NCBI GenBank assembly: GCA_044892505.1
Contig: CM097882.1
Location: forward strand, 34,906,001 to 34,970,000
DNA length: 64,000 bases
From: Schmidtea nova
Lineage: Eukaryota
Reading direction: 5' to 3'
Shown here: positions 41,001 through 56,000 of the stretch, piece by piece
Position numbering within the stretch: position 1 is the first letter of the stretch
Layout of the letters: the number at the start of each line of letters is the position of its first letter
The notes under the pieces: generated by a model
Databases searched by the model: none
The model's input: only the letters and a program-made list of their open reading frames with translations
What the model was told of the DNA's origin: nothing
Position numbers and translations under genes: made by a program

Positions 41001-44000
41001 ATTATTCTTGAATTTTTGAAAAACGTATCATTTAATGTCTTGTATTATTCATAAAATATTAATGTGTAAAAATGTAATACTAATTCCATTCAATAAAGTA
41101 CAGAATTAAATAGAGTCTTTGTAACTCATGAGGTTGGTTTATGATAATTTGTATTAAAGAAAAAACGTTGTTAAACACAATTATAAATTATATAGCATTC
41201 AACAGTAATTGTCTTTCGTGAATATATTTTGACAATATATTATTTTTATAGCCTTTTAGTAATTATAAAACAAACGTAGAAATTATTTACTAGATTTTAA
41301 ATTGTAATATAAAATCCAGTATATTTGGTTTTGAAAATAATAACATATTTAAACAATAATCACAATCTTGGAATATTAATTCGCTTATTCGTTATAAATA
41401 CTTTTTTAGACTATTGTCTTAATTTTAAACAGTATGATTTGATTGTATATATTCTATCAAGTTAAATTGATTTATTTGAATAATAATAAATTTAAATATT
41501 ATTCCAACTTGAAAATCATGTATGTACGTTTGCCTATCTAGTAAAACATACAAGCTTATAATGTAATGCTCACTTTAAAGTGAAGTTGATCGTGCTAAAT
41601 AATGATATCTTAATTTTTGTTGCAATAGAAAAAATCAAATGATTTATTTATCTTATTGAAATTTTGACAGAAAATTGATCGCGCAAAAATGATACATTAC
41701 ATTTGCCGTTTCAAAATCTTTTCAAATATATTTGCTTTGCTACTTATAATTAATTATATTTAGTTAGTTAATTTAATTTATTTTAGCCAACCTAACATAT
41801 ACTATTACTATTACTCCTCAGTCAAGTACTCTAAGCTTTCTAGAAAATGATTCGATAGAATGCCAAATCGTACCGGTGCCTAATACAAACACCAGTCAAA
41901 TCGCCTTTTTCTTGACGAATATAAAATCAGACTATTATTTTAGAAACGATCTGATTATTCATATCAAGCCTAAAAAAGAATTGGTAAATACTCTTATTTG
42001 TGCTGTTTGTGGTAATATAGCAAACATGAACGCTACTCAATGCTATACTTTGATAGGTGAGTATGCATTGTTTTTTTGAAATTTATATATCTTTAATTAT
42101 ATCTCAAATACTTTTCAATTCATTATTTCACTCAACGTTCACTCAGTAAATTCGTTCAAGTCAGTCAGGTATTTCTAATTTCTTTTCCAACAAAGGAAAA
42201 CGTATTAGGTTGGACTAAAAATAATTGCCGTTTTTAAATATAAATTATAAAACTTTGTATCTCAGGTTAGAATATGGTTTGTCAATAGAAATAAAAATCA
42301 TTCGAATCTACGCATTTTGCAAACAAGAAACAAGTTTACTTATTTCTTTAGCATAAAATTCTTGAGTTCTGGAATCAATGAATTCTTCGAAGGCTATTTT
42401 AGCTTCTGTTTGATTTTTTTCAAACATTCTCTTGTATGAAGAGTTCGATATGCTTGCAAAATTTGTTAGTCAGTTTTGGAGAGCTCTACTAAGAGAGCTG
42501 AAGAGGTAGAGTTTTGAAGCCCAGTTCGTTCAATTTCTGAAGAGTCACTTTTGCCACATGCGGTCGAGTGTTGTCATAGAGAAGTATCGGTCATTTTCGA
42601 TTGACTAATGATTGAAGTAAACGCTGAAATTCTTGGTGTATTTTGTCAATTTCATGGCAATGTACTTCGTTGCTGTTATAATTTCGTCAGAATCAAAGTA
42701 GTTGTGGAATATTAATCATCTTGCTGACCACCAAACATTGACCATAACCTTATATTGATGAAGATTTTGTAGTGGGAAAGTTTTTGGAGCTTTATCTACG
42801 CTGAGTCTCTGCAAGGAACGACGACCCTTGTCGCAGAGAATCGATGTTTCGTCACATGTCACACTACGAAAGAGAAATTATTGGTTTTGTTGCGCAAAAG
42901 ACCAGAGCAGACTTCTTAACGACGAAACCTTTGATTTTCGAATAATTCGTGCGACACCCATTCGTCGAGCTTTTTCGATTTTCCAATTTAATGTTAACGT
43001 CGAAAAATTTTTAAATGACACACGTTCAGTTCTTATGAATGTTCTCGAGTTGTTTTGCGTAAGTCTGCTTTAATAATTTCCATCAATAAGTCGCCCACTA
43101 TCGCAAAAGGACGTCTGCAATCTCAATATCTATCAAGGCTCTCATCTTTACTACGACATCTTTGGATCAAATGCCGAGCTGTACGTTCATTGATCGACTC
43201 CTGGCTAAATGCTTGGATGATATTGTGAGAGGTTTCAGATGCATTATGGCCTAGTTTAAACTCTTACAATAAAATCGATCGAATTTGCACTTTTCTGTCT
43301 TTAATTAAAATAGAAAATATTTAACAAAAAATTTAATATATATAAAAAGAGGATTTTTAAATAAATAATCATATTAATATAATAACATTGATAAAAAAAT
43401 AGGGTGTCAAAGTGAAAACGAATAAAAACGGTATTTATTTTTGTCCAACTTAATACTTTGCTATTATTCTTTACTTTCATTATAATTGTCAATCCTATCA
43501 TATTATTCTTGAATTTTTGAAAAACGTATCATTTAATGTCTTGTATTATTCATAAAATATTAATGTGTAAAAATGTAATACTAATTCCATTCAATAAAGT
43601 ACAGAATTAAATAGAGTCTTTGTAACTCATGAGGTTGGTTTATGATAATTTGTATTAAAGAAAAAACGTTGTTAAACACAATTATAAATTATATAGCATT
43701 CAACAGTAATTGTCTTTCGTGAATATATTTTGATAATATATTATTTTTATAGCCTTTTAGTAATTATAAAACAAACGTAGAAATTATTTACTAGATTTTA
43801 AATTGTAATATAAAATCCAGTATATTTGGTTTTGAAAATAATAACATATTTAAACAATAATCACAATCTTGGAATATTAATTCGCTTATTCGTTATAAAT
43901 ACTTTTTTAGACTATTGTCTTAATTTTAAACAGTATGATTTGATTGTATATATTCTATCAAGTTAAATTGATTTATTTGAATAATAATAAATTTAAATAT

Positions 44001-47000
44001 TATTCCAACTTGAAAATCATGTATGTACGTTTGCCTATCTAGTAAAACATACAAGCTTATAATGTAATGCTCACTTTAAAGTGAAGTTGATCGTGCTAAA
44101 TAATGATATCTTAATTTTTGTTGCAATAGAAAAAATCAAATGATTTATTTATCTTATTGAAATTTTGACAGAAAATTGATCGCGCAAAAATGATACATTA
44201 CATTTGCCGTTTCAAAATCTTTTCAAATATATTTGCTTTGCTACTTATAATTAATTATATTTAGTTAGTTAATTTAATTTATTTTAGCCAACCTAACATA
44301 TACTATTACTATTACTCCTCAGTCAAGTACTCTAAGCTTTCTAGAAAATGATTCGATAGAATGCCAAATCGTACCGGTGCCTAATACAAACACCAGTCAA
44401 ATCGCCTTTTTCTTGACGAATATAAAATCAGACTATTATTTTAGAAACGATCTGATTATTCATATCAAGCCTAAAAAAGAATTGGTAAATACTCCTATTT
44501 GTGCTGTTTGTGGTAATATAGCAAACATGAACGCTACTCAATGCTATACTTTGATAGGTGAGTATGCATTGTTTTTTTGAAATTTATATATCTTTAATTA
44601 TATCTCAAATACTTTTCAATTCATTATTTCACTCAACGTTCACTCAGTAAATTCGTTCAAGTCAGTCAGGTATTTCTAATTTCTTTTCCAACAAAGGAAA
44701 ACGTATTAGGTTGGACTAAAAATAATTGCCGTTTTTAAATATAAATTATAAAACTTTGTATCTCAGGTTAGAATATGGTTTGTCAATAGAAATAAAAATC
44801 ATTCGAATCTACGCATTTTGCAAACAAGAAACAAGTTTACTTATTTCTTTAGCATAAAATTCTTGAGTTCTGGAATCAATGAATTCTTCGAAGGCTATTT
44901 TAGCTTCTGTTTGATTTTTTTCAAACATTCTCTTGTATGAAGAGTTCGATATGCTTGCAAAATTTGTTAGTCAGTTTTGGAGAGCTCTACTAAGAGAGCT
45001 GAAGAGGTAGACTTTTGAAGCCCAGTTCGTTCAATTTCTGAAGAGTCACTTTTGCCACATGCGGTCGAGTGTTGTCATAGAGAAGTATCGGTCATTTTCG
45101 ATTGACTAATGATTGAAGTAAACGCTGAAATTCTTGGTGTATTTTGTCAATTTCATGGCAATGTACTTCGTTGCTGTTATAATTTCGTCAGAATCAAAGT
45201 AGTTGTGGAATATTAATCATCTTGCTGACCACCAAACATTGACCATAACCTTATATTGATGAAGATTTTGTAGTGGGAAAGGTTTTAGAGCTTTATCTAC
45301 GCTGAGTCTCTGCAAGGAACGACGACCCTTGTCGCAGAGAATCGATGTTTCGTCACATGTCACACTACGAAAGAGAAATTATTGGTTTTGTTGCGCAAAA
45401 GACCAGAGCAGACTTCTTAACGACGAAACCTTTGATTTTCGAATAATTCGTTCGACACCCATTCGTCGAGCTTTTTCGATTTTCCAATTTAATGTTAATG
45501 TCGAAAAATTATTAAATGACACACGTTCAGTTCTTATGAATGTTCTCGAGTTGTTTTGCGTAAGTCTGCTTCAATAATTTCCATCAATAAGTCGCCCACT
45601 ATCGCAAAAGGACGTCTGCAATCTCAATATCTATCAAGGCTCTCATCTTTACTACGACATCTTTGGATCAAATGCCGAGCTGTACGTTCATTGATCGACT
45701 CCTGGCTAAATGCTTGGAATATATTGTGAGAGGTTTCAGATGCATTATGGCCTAGTTTAAACTCTTACAATAAAATCGATCGAATTTGCACTTTTCTGTC
45801 TTTAATTAAAATAGAAAATATTTAACAAAAAATTTAATATATATAAAAAGAGGATTTTTAAATAAATAATCATATTAATATAATAACATTGATAAAAAAA
45901 TAGGGTGTCAAAGTGAAAACGAATAAAAACGGTATTTATTTTTGTCCAACTTAATACTTTGCTATTATTCTTTACTTTCATTATAATTGTCAATCCTATC
46001 ATATTATTCTTGAATTTTTGAAAAACGTATCATTTAATGTCTTGTATTATTCATAAAATATTAATGTGTAAAAATGTAATACTAATTCCATTCAATAAAG
46101 TACAGAATTAAATAGAGTCTTTGTAACTCATGAGGTTGGTTTATGATAATTTGTATTAAAGAAAAAACGTTGTTAAACACAATTATAAATTATATAGCAT
46201 TCAACAGTAATTGTCTTTCGTGAATATATTTTGACAATATATTATTTTTATAGCCTTTTAGTAATTATAAAACAAACGTAGAAATTATTTACTAGATTTT
46301 AAATTGTAATATAAAATCCAGTATATTTGGTTTTGAAAATAATAACATATTTAAACAATAATCACAATCTTGGAATATTAATTCGCTTATTCGTTATAAA
46401 TACTTTTTTAGACTATTGTCTTAATTTTAAACAGTATGATTTGATTGTATATATTCTATCAAGTTAAATTGATTTATTTGAATAATAATAAATTTAAATA
46501 TTATTCCAACTTGAAAATCATGTATGTACGTTTGCCTATCTAGTAAAACATACAAGCTTATAATGTAATGCTCACTTTAAAGTGAAGTTGATCGTGCTAA
46601 ATAATGATATCTTAATTTTTGTTGCAATAGAAAAAATCAAATGATTTATTTATCTTATTGAAATTTTGACAGAAAATTGATCGCGCAAAAATGATACATT
46701 ACATTTGCCGTTTCAAAATCTTTTCAAATATATTTGCTTTGCTACTTATAATTAATTATATTTAGTTAGTTAATTTAATTTATTTTAGCCAACCTAACAT
46801 ATACTATTACTATTACTCCTCAGTCAAGTACTCTAAGCTTTCTAGAAAATGATTCGATAGAATGCCAAATCGTACCGGTGCCTAATACAAACACCAGTCA
46901 AATCGCCTTTTTCTTGACGAATATAAAATCAGACTATTATTTTAGAAACGATCTGATTATTCATATCAAGCCTAAAAAAGAATTGGTAAATACTCCTATT

Positions 47001-50000
47001 TGTGCTGTTTGTGGTAATATAGCAAACATGAACGCTACTCAATGCTATACTTTGATAGGTGAGTATGCATTGTTTTTTTGAAATTTATATATCTTTAATT
47101 ATATCTCAAATACTTTTCAATTCATTATTTCACTCAACGTTCACTCAGTAAATTCGTTCAAGTCAGTCAGGTATTTCTAATTTCTTTTCCAACAAAGGAA
47201 AACGTATTAGGTTGGACTAAAAATAATTGCCGTTTTTAAATATAAATTATTAAACTTTGTATCTCAGGTTAGAATATGGTTTGTCAATAGAAATAAAAAT
47301 CATTCGAATCTACGCATTTTGCAAACAAGAAACAAGTTTACTTATTTCTTTAGCATAAAATTCTTGAGTTCTGGAATCAATGAATTCTTCGAAGGCTATT
47401 TTAGCTTCTGTTTGATTTTTTTCAAACATTCTCTTGTATGAAGAGTTCGATATGCTTGCAAAATTTGTTAGTCAGTTTTGGAGAGCTCTACTAAGAGAGC
47501 TGAAGAGGTAGACTTTTGAAGCCCAGTTCGTTCAATTTCTGAAGAGTCACTTTTGCCACATGCGGTCGAGTGTTGTCATAGAGAAGTATCGGTCATTTTC
47601 GATTGACTAATGATTGAAGTAAACGCTGAAATTCTTGGTGTATTTTGTCAATTTCATGGCAATGTACTTCGTTGCTGTTATAATTTCGTCAGAATCAAAG
47701 TAGTTGTGGAATATTAATCATCTTGCTGACCACCAAACATTGACCATAACCTTATATTGATGAAGATTTTGTAGTGGGAAAGGTTTTAGAGCTTTATCTA
47801 CGCTGAGTCTCTGCAAGGAACGACGACCCTTGTCGCAGAGAATCGATGTTTCGTCACATGTCACACTACGAAAGAGAAATTATTGGTTTTGTTGCGCAAA
47901 AGACCAGAGCAGACTTCTTAACGACGAAACCTTTGATTTTCGAATAATTCGTTCGACACCCATTCGTCGAGCTTTTTCGATTTTCCAATTTAATGTTAAT
48001 GTCGAAAAATTATTAAATGACACACGTTCAGTTCTTATGAATGTTCTCGAGTTGTTTTGCGTAAGTCTGCTTCAATAATTTCCATCAATAAGTCGCCCAC
48101 TATCGCAAAAGGACGTCTGCAATCTCAATATCTATCAAGGCTCTCATCTTTACTACGACATCTTTGGATCAAATGCCGAGCTGTACGTTCATTGATCGAC
48201 TCCTGGCTAAATGCTTGGAATATATTGTGAGAGGTTTCAGATGCATTATGGCCTAGTTTAAACTCTTACAATAAAATCGATCGAATTTGCACTTTTCTGT
48301 CTTTAATTAAAATAGAAAATATTTAACAAAAAATTTAATATATATAAAAAGAGGATTTTTAAATAAATAATCATATTAATATAATAACATTGATAAAAAA
48401 ATAGGGTGTCAAAGTGAAAACGAATAAAAACGGTATTTATTTTTGTCCAACTTAATACTTTGCTATTATTCTTTACTTTCATTATAATTGTCAATCCTAT
48501 CATATTATTCTTGAATTTTTGAAAAACGTATCATTTAATGTCTTGTATTATTCATAAAATATTAATGTGTAAAAATGTAATACTAATTCCATTCAATAAA
48601 GTACAGAATTAAATAGAGTCTTTGTAACTCATGAGGTTGGTTTATGATAATTTGTATTAAAGAAAAAACGTTGTTAAACACAATTATAAATTATATAGCA
48701 TTCAACAGTAATTGTCTTTCGTGAATATATTTTGACAATATATTATTTTTATAGCCTTTTAGTAATTATAAAACAAACGTAGAAATTATTTACTAGATTT
48801 TAAATTGTAATATAAAATCCAGTATATTTGGTTTTGAAAATAATAACATATTTAAACAATAATCACAATCTTGGAATATTAATTCGCTTATTCGTTATAA
48901 ATACTTTTTTAGACTATTGTCTTAATTTTAAACAGTATGATTTGATTGTATATATTCTATCAAGTTAAATTGATTTATTTGAATAATAATAAATTTAAAT
49001 ATTATTCCAACTTGAAAATCATGTATGTACGTTTGCCTATCTAGTAAAACATACAAGCTTATAATGTAATGCTCACTTTAAAGTGAAGTTGATCGTGCTA
49101 AATAATGATATCTTAATTTTTGTTGCAATAGAAAAAATCAAATGATTTATTTATCTTATTGAAATTTTGACAGAAAATTGATCGCGCAAAAATGATACAT
49201 TACATTTGCCGTTTCAAAATCTTTTCAAATATATTTGCTTTGCTACTTATAATTAATTATATTTAGTTAGTTAATTTAATTTATTTTAGCCAACCTAACA
49301 TATACTATTACTATTACTCCTCAGTCAAGTACTCTAAGCTTTCTAGAAAATGATTCGATAGAATGCCAAATCGTACCGGTGCCTAATACAAACACCAGTC
49401 AAATCGCCTTTTTCTTGACGAATATAAAATCAGACTATTATTTTAGAAACGATCTGATTATTCATATCAAGCCTAAAAAAGAATTGGTAAATACTCCTAT
49501 TTGTGCTGTTTGTGGTAATATAGCAAACATGAACGCTACTCAATGCTATACTTTGATAGGTGAGTATGCATTGTTTTTTTGAAATTTATATATCTTTAAT
49601 TATATCTCAAATACTTTTCAATTCATTATTTCACTCAACGTTCACTCAGTAAATTCGTTCAAGTCAGTCAGGTATTTCTAATTTCTTTTCCAACAAAGGA
49701 AAACGTATTAGGTTGGACTAAAAATAATTGCCGTTTTTAAATATAAATTATTAAACTTTGTATCTCAGGTTAGAATATGGTTTGTCAATAGAAATAAAAA
49801 TCATTCGAATCTACGCATTTTGCAAACAAGAAACAAGTTTACTTATTTCTTTAGCATAAAATTCTTGAGTTCTGGAATCAATGAATTCTTCGAAGGCTAT
49901 TTTAGCTTCTGTTTGATTTTTTTCAAACATTCTCTTGTATGAAGAGTTCGATATGCTTGCGAAATTTGTTAGTCAGTTTTGGAGAGCTCTACTAAGAGAG

Positions 50001-53000
50001 CTGAAGAGGTAGACTTTTGAAGCCCAGTTCGTTCAATTTCTGAAGAGTCACTTTTGCCACATGCGGTCGAGTGTTGTCATAGAGAAGTATCGGTCATTTT
50101 CGATTGACTAATGATTGAAGTAAACGCTGAAATTCTTGGTGTATTTTGTCAATTTCATGGCAATGTACTTCGTTGCTGTTATAATTTCGTCAGAATCAAA
50201 GTAGTTGTGGAATATTAATCATCTTGCTGACCACCAAACATTGACCATAACCTTATATTGATGAAGATTTTGTAGTGGGAAAGGTTTTAGAGCTTTATCT
50301 ACGCTGAGTCTCTGCAAGGAACGACGACCCTTGTCGCAGAGAATCGATGTTTCGTCACATGTCACACTACGAAAGAGAAATTATTGGTTTTGTTGCGCAA
50401 AAGACCAGAGCAGACTTCTTAACGACGAAACCTTTGATTTTCGAATAATTCGTTCGACACCCATTCGTCGAGCTTTTTCGATTTTCCAATTTAATGTTAA
50501 TGTCGAAAAATTATTAAATGACACACGTTCAGTTCTTATGAATGTTCTCGAGTTGTTTTGCGTAAGTCTGCTTCAATAATTTCCATCAATAAGTCGCCCA
50601 CTATCGCAAAAGGACGTCTGCAATCTCAATATCTATCAAGGCTCTCATCTTTACTACGACATCTTTGGATCAAATGCCGAGCTGTACGTTCATTGATCGA
50701 CTCCTGGCTAAATGCTTGGAATATATTGTGAGAGGTTTCAGATGCATTATGGCCTAGTTTAAACTCTTACAATAAAATCGATCGAATTTGCACTTTTCTG
50801 TCTTTAATTAAAATAGAAAATATTTAACAAAAAATTTAATATATATAAAAAGAGGATTTTTAAATAAATAATCATATTAATATAATAACATTGATAAAAA
50901 AATAGGGTGTCAAAGTGAAAACGAATAAAAACGGTATTTATTTTTGTCCAACTTAATACTTTGCTATTATTCTTTACTTTCATTATAATTGTCAATCCTA
51001 TCATATTATTCTTGAATTTTTGAAAAACGTATCATTTAATGTCTTGTATTATTCATAAAATATTAATGTGTAAAAATGTAATACTAATTCCATTCAATAA
51101 AGTACAGAATTAAATAGAGTCTTTGTAACTCATGAGGTTGGTTTATGATAATTTGTATTAAAGAAAAAACGTTGTTAAACACAATTATAAATTATATAGC
51201 ATTCGACAGTAATTGTCTTTCGTGAATATATTTTGACAATATATTATTTTTATAGCCTTTTAGTAATTATAAAACAAACGTAGAAATTATTTACTAGATT
51301 TTAAATTGTAATATAAAATCCAGTATATTTGGTTTTGAAAATAATAACATATTTAAACAATAATCACAATCTTGGAATATTAATTCGCTTATTCGTTATA
51401 AATACTTTTTTAGACTATTGTCTTAATTTTAAACAGTATGATTTGATTGTATATATTCTATCAAGTTAAATTGATTTATTTGAATAATAATAAATTTAAA
51501 TATTATTCCAACTTGAAAATCATGTATGTACGTTTGCCTATCTAGTAAAACATACAAGCTTATAATGTAATGCTCACTTTAAAGTGAAGTTGATTGTGCT
51601 AAATAATGATATCTTAATTTTTGTTGCAATAGAAAAAATCAAATGATTTATTTATCTTATTGAAATTTTGACAGAAAATTGATCGCGCAAAAATGATACA
51701 TTACATTTGCCGTTTCAAAATCTTTTCAAATATATTTGCTTTGCTACTTATAATTAATTATATTTAGTTAGTTAATTTAATTTATTTTAGCCAACCTAAC
51801 ATATACTGTTACTATTACTCCTCAGTCAAGTACTCTAAGCTTTCTAGAAAATGATTCGATAGAATGCCAAATCGTACCGGTGCCTAATACAAACACCAGT
51901 CAAATCGCCTTTTTCTTGACGAATATAAAATCAGACTATTATTTTAGAAACGATCTGATTATTCATATCAAGCCTAAAAAAGAATTGGTAAATACTCCTA
52001 TTTGTGCTGTTTGTGGTAATATAGCAAACATGAACGCTACTCAATGCTATACTTTGATAGGTGAGTATGCATTGTTTTTTTGAAATTTATATATCTTTAA
52101 TTATATCTCAAATACTTTTCAATTCATTATTTCACTCAACGTTCACTCAGTAAATTCGTTCAAGTCAGTCAGGTATTTCTAATTTCTTTTCCAACAAAGG
52201 AAAACGTATTAGGTTGGACTAAAAATAATTGCCGTTTTTAAATATAAATTATTAAACTTTGTATCTCAGGTTAGAATATGGTTTGTCAATAGAAATAAAA
52301 ATCATTCGAATCTACGCATTTTGCAAACAAGAAACAAGTTTACTTATTTCTTTAGCATAAAATTCTTGAGTTCTGGAATCAATGAATTCTTCGAAGGCTA
52401 TTTTAGCTTCTGTTTGATTTTTTTCAAACATTCTCTTGTATGAAGAGTTCGATATGCTTGCAAAATTTGTTAGTCAGTTTTGGAGAGCTCTACTAAGAGA
52501 GCTGAAGAGGTAGACTTTTGAAGCCCAGTTCGTTCAATTTCTGAAGAGTCACTTTTGCCACATGCGGTCGAGTGTTGTCATAGAGAAGTATCGGTCATTT
52601 TCGATTGACTAAGGATTGAAGTAAACGCTGAAATTCTTGGTGTATTTTGTCAATTTCATGGCAATGTACTTCGTTGCTGTTATAATTTCGTCAGAATCAA
52701 AGTAGTTGTGGAATATTAATCATCTTGCTGACCACCAAACATTGACCATAACCTTATATTGATGAAGATTTTGTAGTGGGAAAGGTTTTAGAGCTTTATC
52801 TACGCTGAGTCTCTGCAAGGAACGACGACCCTTGTCGCAGAGAATCGATGTTTCGTCACATGTCACACTACGAAAGAGAAATTATTGGTTTTGTTGCGCA
52901 AAAGACCAGAGCAGACTTCTTAACGACGAAACCTTTGATTTTCGAATAATTCGTGCGACACCCATTCGTCGAGCTTTTTCGATTTTCCAATTTAATGTTA

Positions 53001-56000
53001 ATGTCGAAAAATTATTAAATGACACACGTTCAGTTCTTATGAATGTTCTCGAGTTGTTTTGCGTAAGTCTGCTTCAATAATTTCCATCAATAAGTCGCCC
53101 ACTATCGCAAAAGGACGTCTGCAATCTCAATATCTATCAAGGCTCTCATCTTTACTACGACATCTTTGGATCAAATGCCGAGCTGTACGTTCATTGATCG
53201 ACTCCTGGCTAAATGCTTGGAATATATTGTGAGAGGTTTCAGATGCATTATGGCCTAGTTTAAACTCTTACAATAAAATCGATCGAATTTGCACTTTTCT
53301 GTCTTTAATTAAAATAGAAAATATTTAACAAAAAATTTAATATATATAAAAAGAGGATTTTTAAATAAATAATCATATTAATATAATAACATTGATAAAA
53401 AAATAGGGTGTCAAAGTGAAAACGAATAAAAACGGTATTTATTTTTGTCCAACTTAATACTTTGCTATTATTCTTTACTTTCATTATAATTGTCAATCCT
53501 ATCATATTATTCTTGAATTTTTGAAAAACGTATCATTTAATGTCTTGTATTATTCATAAAATATTAATGTGTAAAAATGTAATACTAATTCCATTCAATA
53601 AAGTACAGAATTAAATAGAGTCTTTGTAACTCATGAGGTTGGTTTATGATAATTTGTATTAAAGAAAAAACGTTGTTAAACACAATTATAAATTATATAG
53701 CATTCGACAGTAATTGTCTTTCGTGAATATATTTTGACAATATATTATTTTTATAGCCTTTTAGTAATTATAAAACAAACGTAGAAATTATTTACTAGAT
53801 TTTAAATTGTAATATAAAATCCAGTATATTTGGTTTTGAAAATAATAACATATTTAAACAATAATCACAATCTTGGAATATTAATTCGCTTATTCGTTAT
53901 AAATACTTTTTTAGACTATTGTCTTAATTTTAAACAGTATGATTTGATTGTATATATTCTATCAAGTTAAATTGATTTATTTGAATAATAATAAATTTAA
54001 ATATTATTCCAACTTGAAAATCATGTATGTACGTTTGCCTATCTAGTAAAACATACAAGCTTATAATGTAATGCTCACTTTAAAGTGAAGTTGATTGTGC
54101 TAAATAATGATATCTTAATTTTTGTTGCAATAGAAAAAATCAAATGATTTATTTATCTTATTGAAATTTTGACAGAAAATTGATCGCGCAAAAATGATAC
54201 ATTACATTTGCCGTTTCAAAATCTTTTCAAATATATTTGCTTTGCTACTTATAATTAATTATATTTAGTTAGTTAATTTAATTTATTTTAGCCAACCTAA
54301 CATATACTGTTACTATTACTCCTCAGTCAAGTACTCTAAGCTTTCTAGAAAATGATTCGATAGAATGCCAAATCGTACCGGTGCCTAATACAAACACCAG
54401 TCAAATCGCCTTTTTCTTGACGAATATAAAATCAGACTATTATTTTAGAAACGATCTGATTATTCATATCAAGCCTAAAAAAGAATTGGTAAATACTCCT
54501 ATTTGTGCTGTTTGTGGTAATATAGCAAACATGAACGCTACTCAATGCTATACTTTGATAGGTGAGTATGCATTGTTTTTTTGAAATTTATATATCTTTA
54601 ATTATATCTTAAATACTTTTCAATTCATTATTTCACTCAACGTTCACTCAGTAAATTCGTTCAAGTCAGTCAGGTATTTCTAATTTCTTTTCCAACAAAG
54701 GAAAACGTATTAGGTTGGACTAAAAATAATTGCCGTTTTTAAATATAAATTATAAAACTTTGTATCTCAGGTTAGAATATGGTTTGTCAATAGAAATAAA
54801 AATCATTCGAATCTACGCATTTTGCAAACAAGAAACAAGTTTACTTATTTCTTTAGCATAAAATTCTTGAGTTCTGGAATCAATGAATTCTTCGAAGGCT
54901 ATTTTAGCTTCTGTTTGATTTTTTTCAAACATTCTCTTGTATGAAGAGTTCGATATGCTTGCAAAATTTGTTAGTCAGTTTTGGAGAGCTCTACTAAGAG
55001 AGCTGAAGAGGTAGACTTTTGAAGCCCAGTTCGTTCAATTTCTGAAGAGTCACTTTTGCCACATGCGGTCGAGTGTTGTCATAGAGAAGTATCGGTCATT
55101 TTCGATTGACTAATGATTGAAGTAAACGCTGAAATTCTTGGTGTATTTTGTCAATTTCATGGCAATGTACTTCGTTGCTGTTATAATTTCGTCAGAATCA
55201 AAGTAGTTGTGGAATATTAATCATCTTGCTGACCACCAAACATTGACCATAACCTTATATTGATGAAGATTTTGTAGTGGGAAAGGTTTTAGAGCTTTAT
55301 CTACGCTGAGTCTCTGCAAGGAACGACGACCCTTGTCGCAGAGAATCGATGTTTCGTCACATGTCACACTACGAAAGAGAAATTATTGGTTTTGTTGCGC
55401 AAAAGACCAGAGCAGACTTCTTAACGACGAAACCTTTGATTTTCGAATAATTCGTGCGACACCCATTCGTCGAGCTTTTTCGATTTTCCAATTTAATGTT
55501 AATGTCGAAAAATTATTAAATGACACACGTTCAGTTCTTATGAATGTTCTCGAGTTGTTTTGCGTAAGTCTGCTTCAATAATTTCCATCAATAAGTCGCC
55601 CACTATCGCAAAAGGACGTCTGCAATCTCAATATCTATCAAGGCTCTCATCTTTACTACGACATCTTTGGATCAAATGCCGAGCTGTACGTTCATTGATC
55701 GACTCCTGGCTAAATGCTTGGAATATATTGTGAGAGGTTTCAGATGCATTATGGCCTAGTTTAAACTCTTACAATAAAATCGATCGAATTTGCACTTTTC
55801 TGTCTTTAATTAAAATAGAAAATATTTAACAAAAAATTTAATATATATAAAAAGAGGATTTTTAAATAAATAATCATATTAATATAATAACATTGATAAA
55901 AAAATAGGGTGTCAAAGTGAAAACGAATAAAAACGGTATTTATTTTTGTCCAACTTAATACTTTGCTATTATTCTTTACTTTCATTATAATTGTCAATCC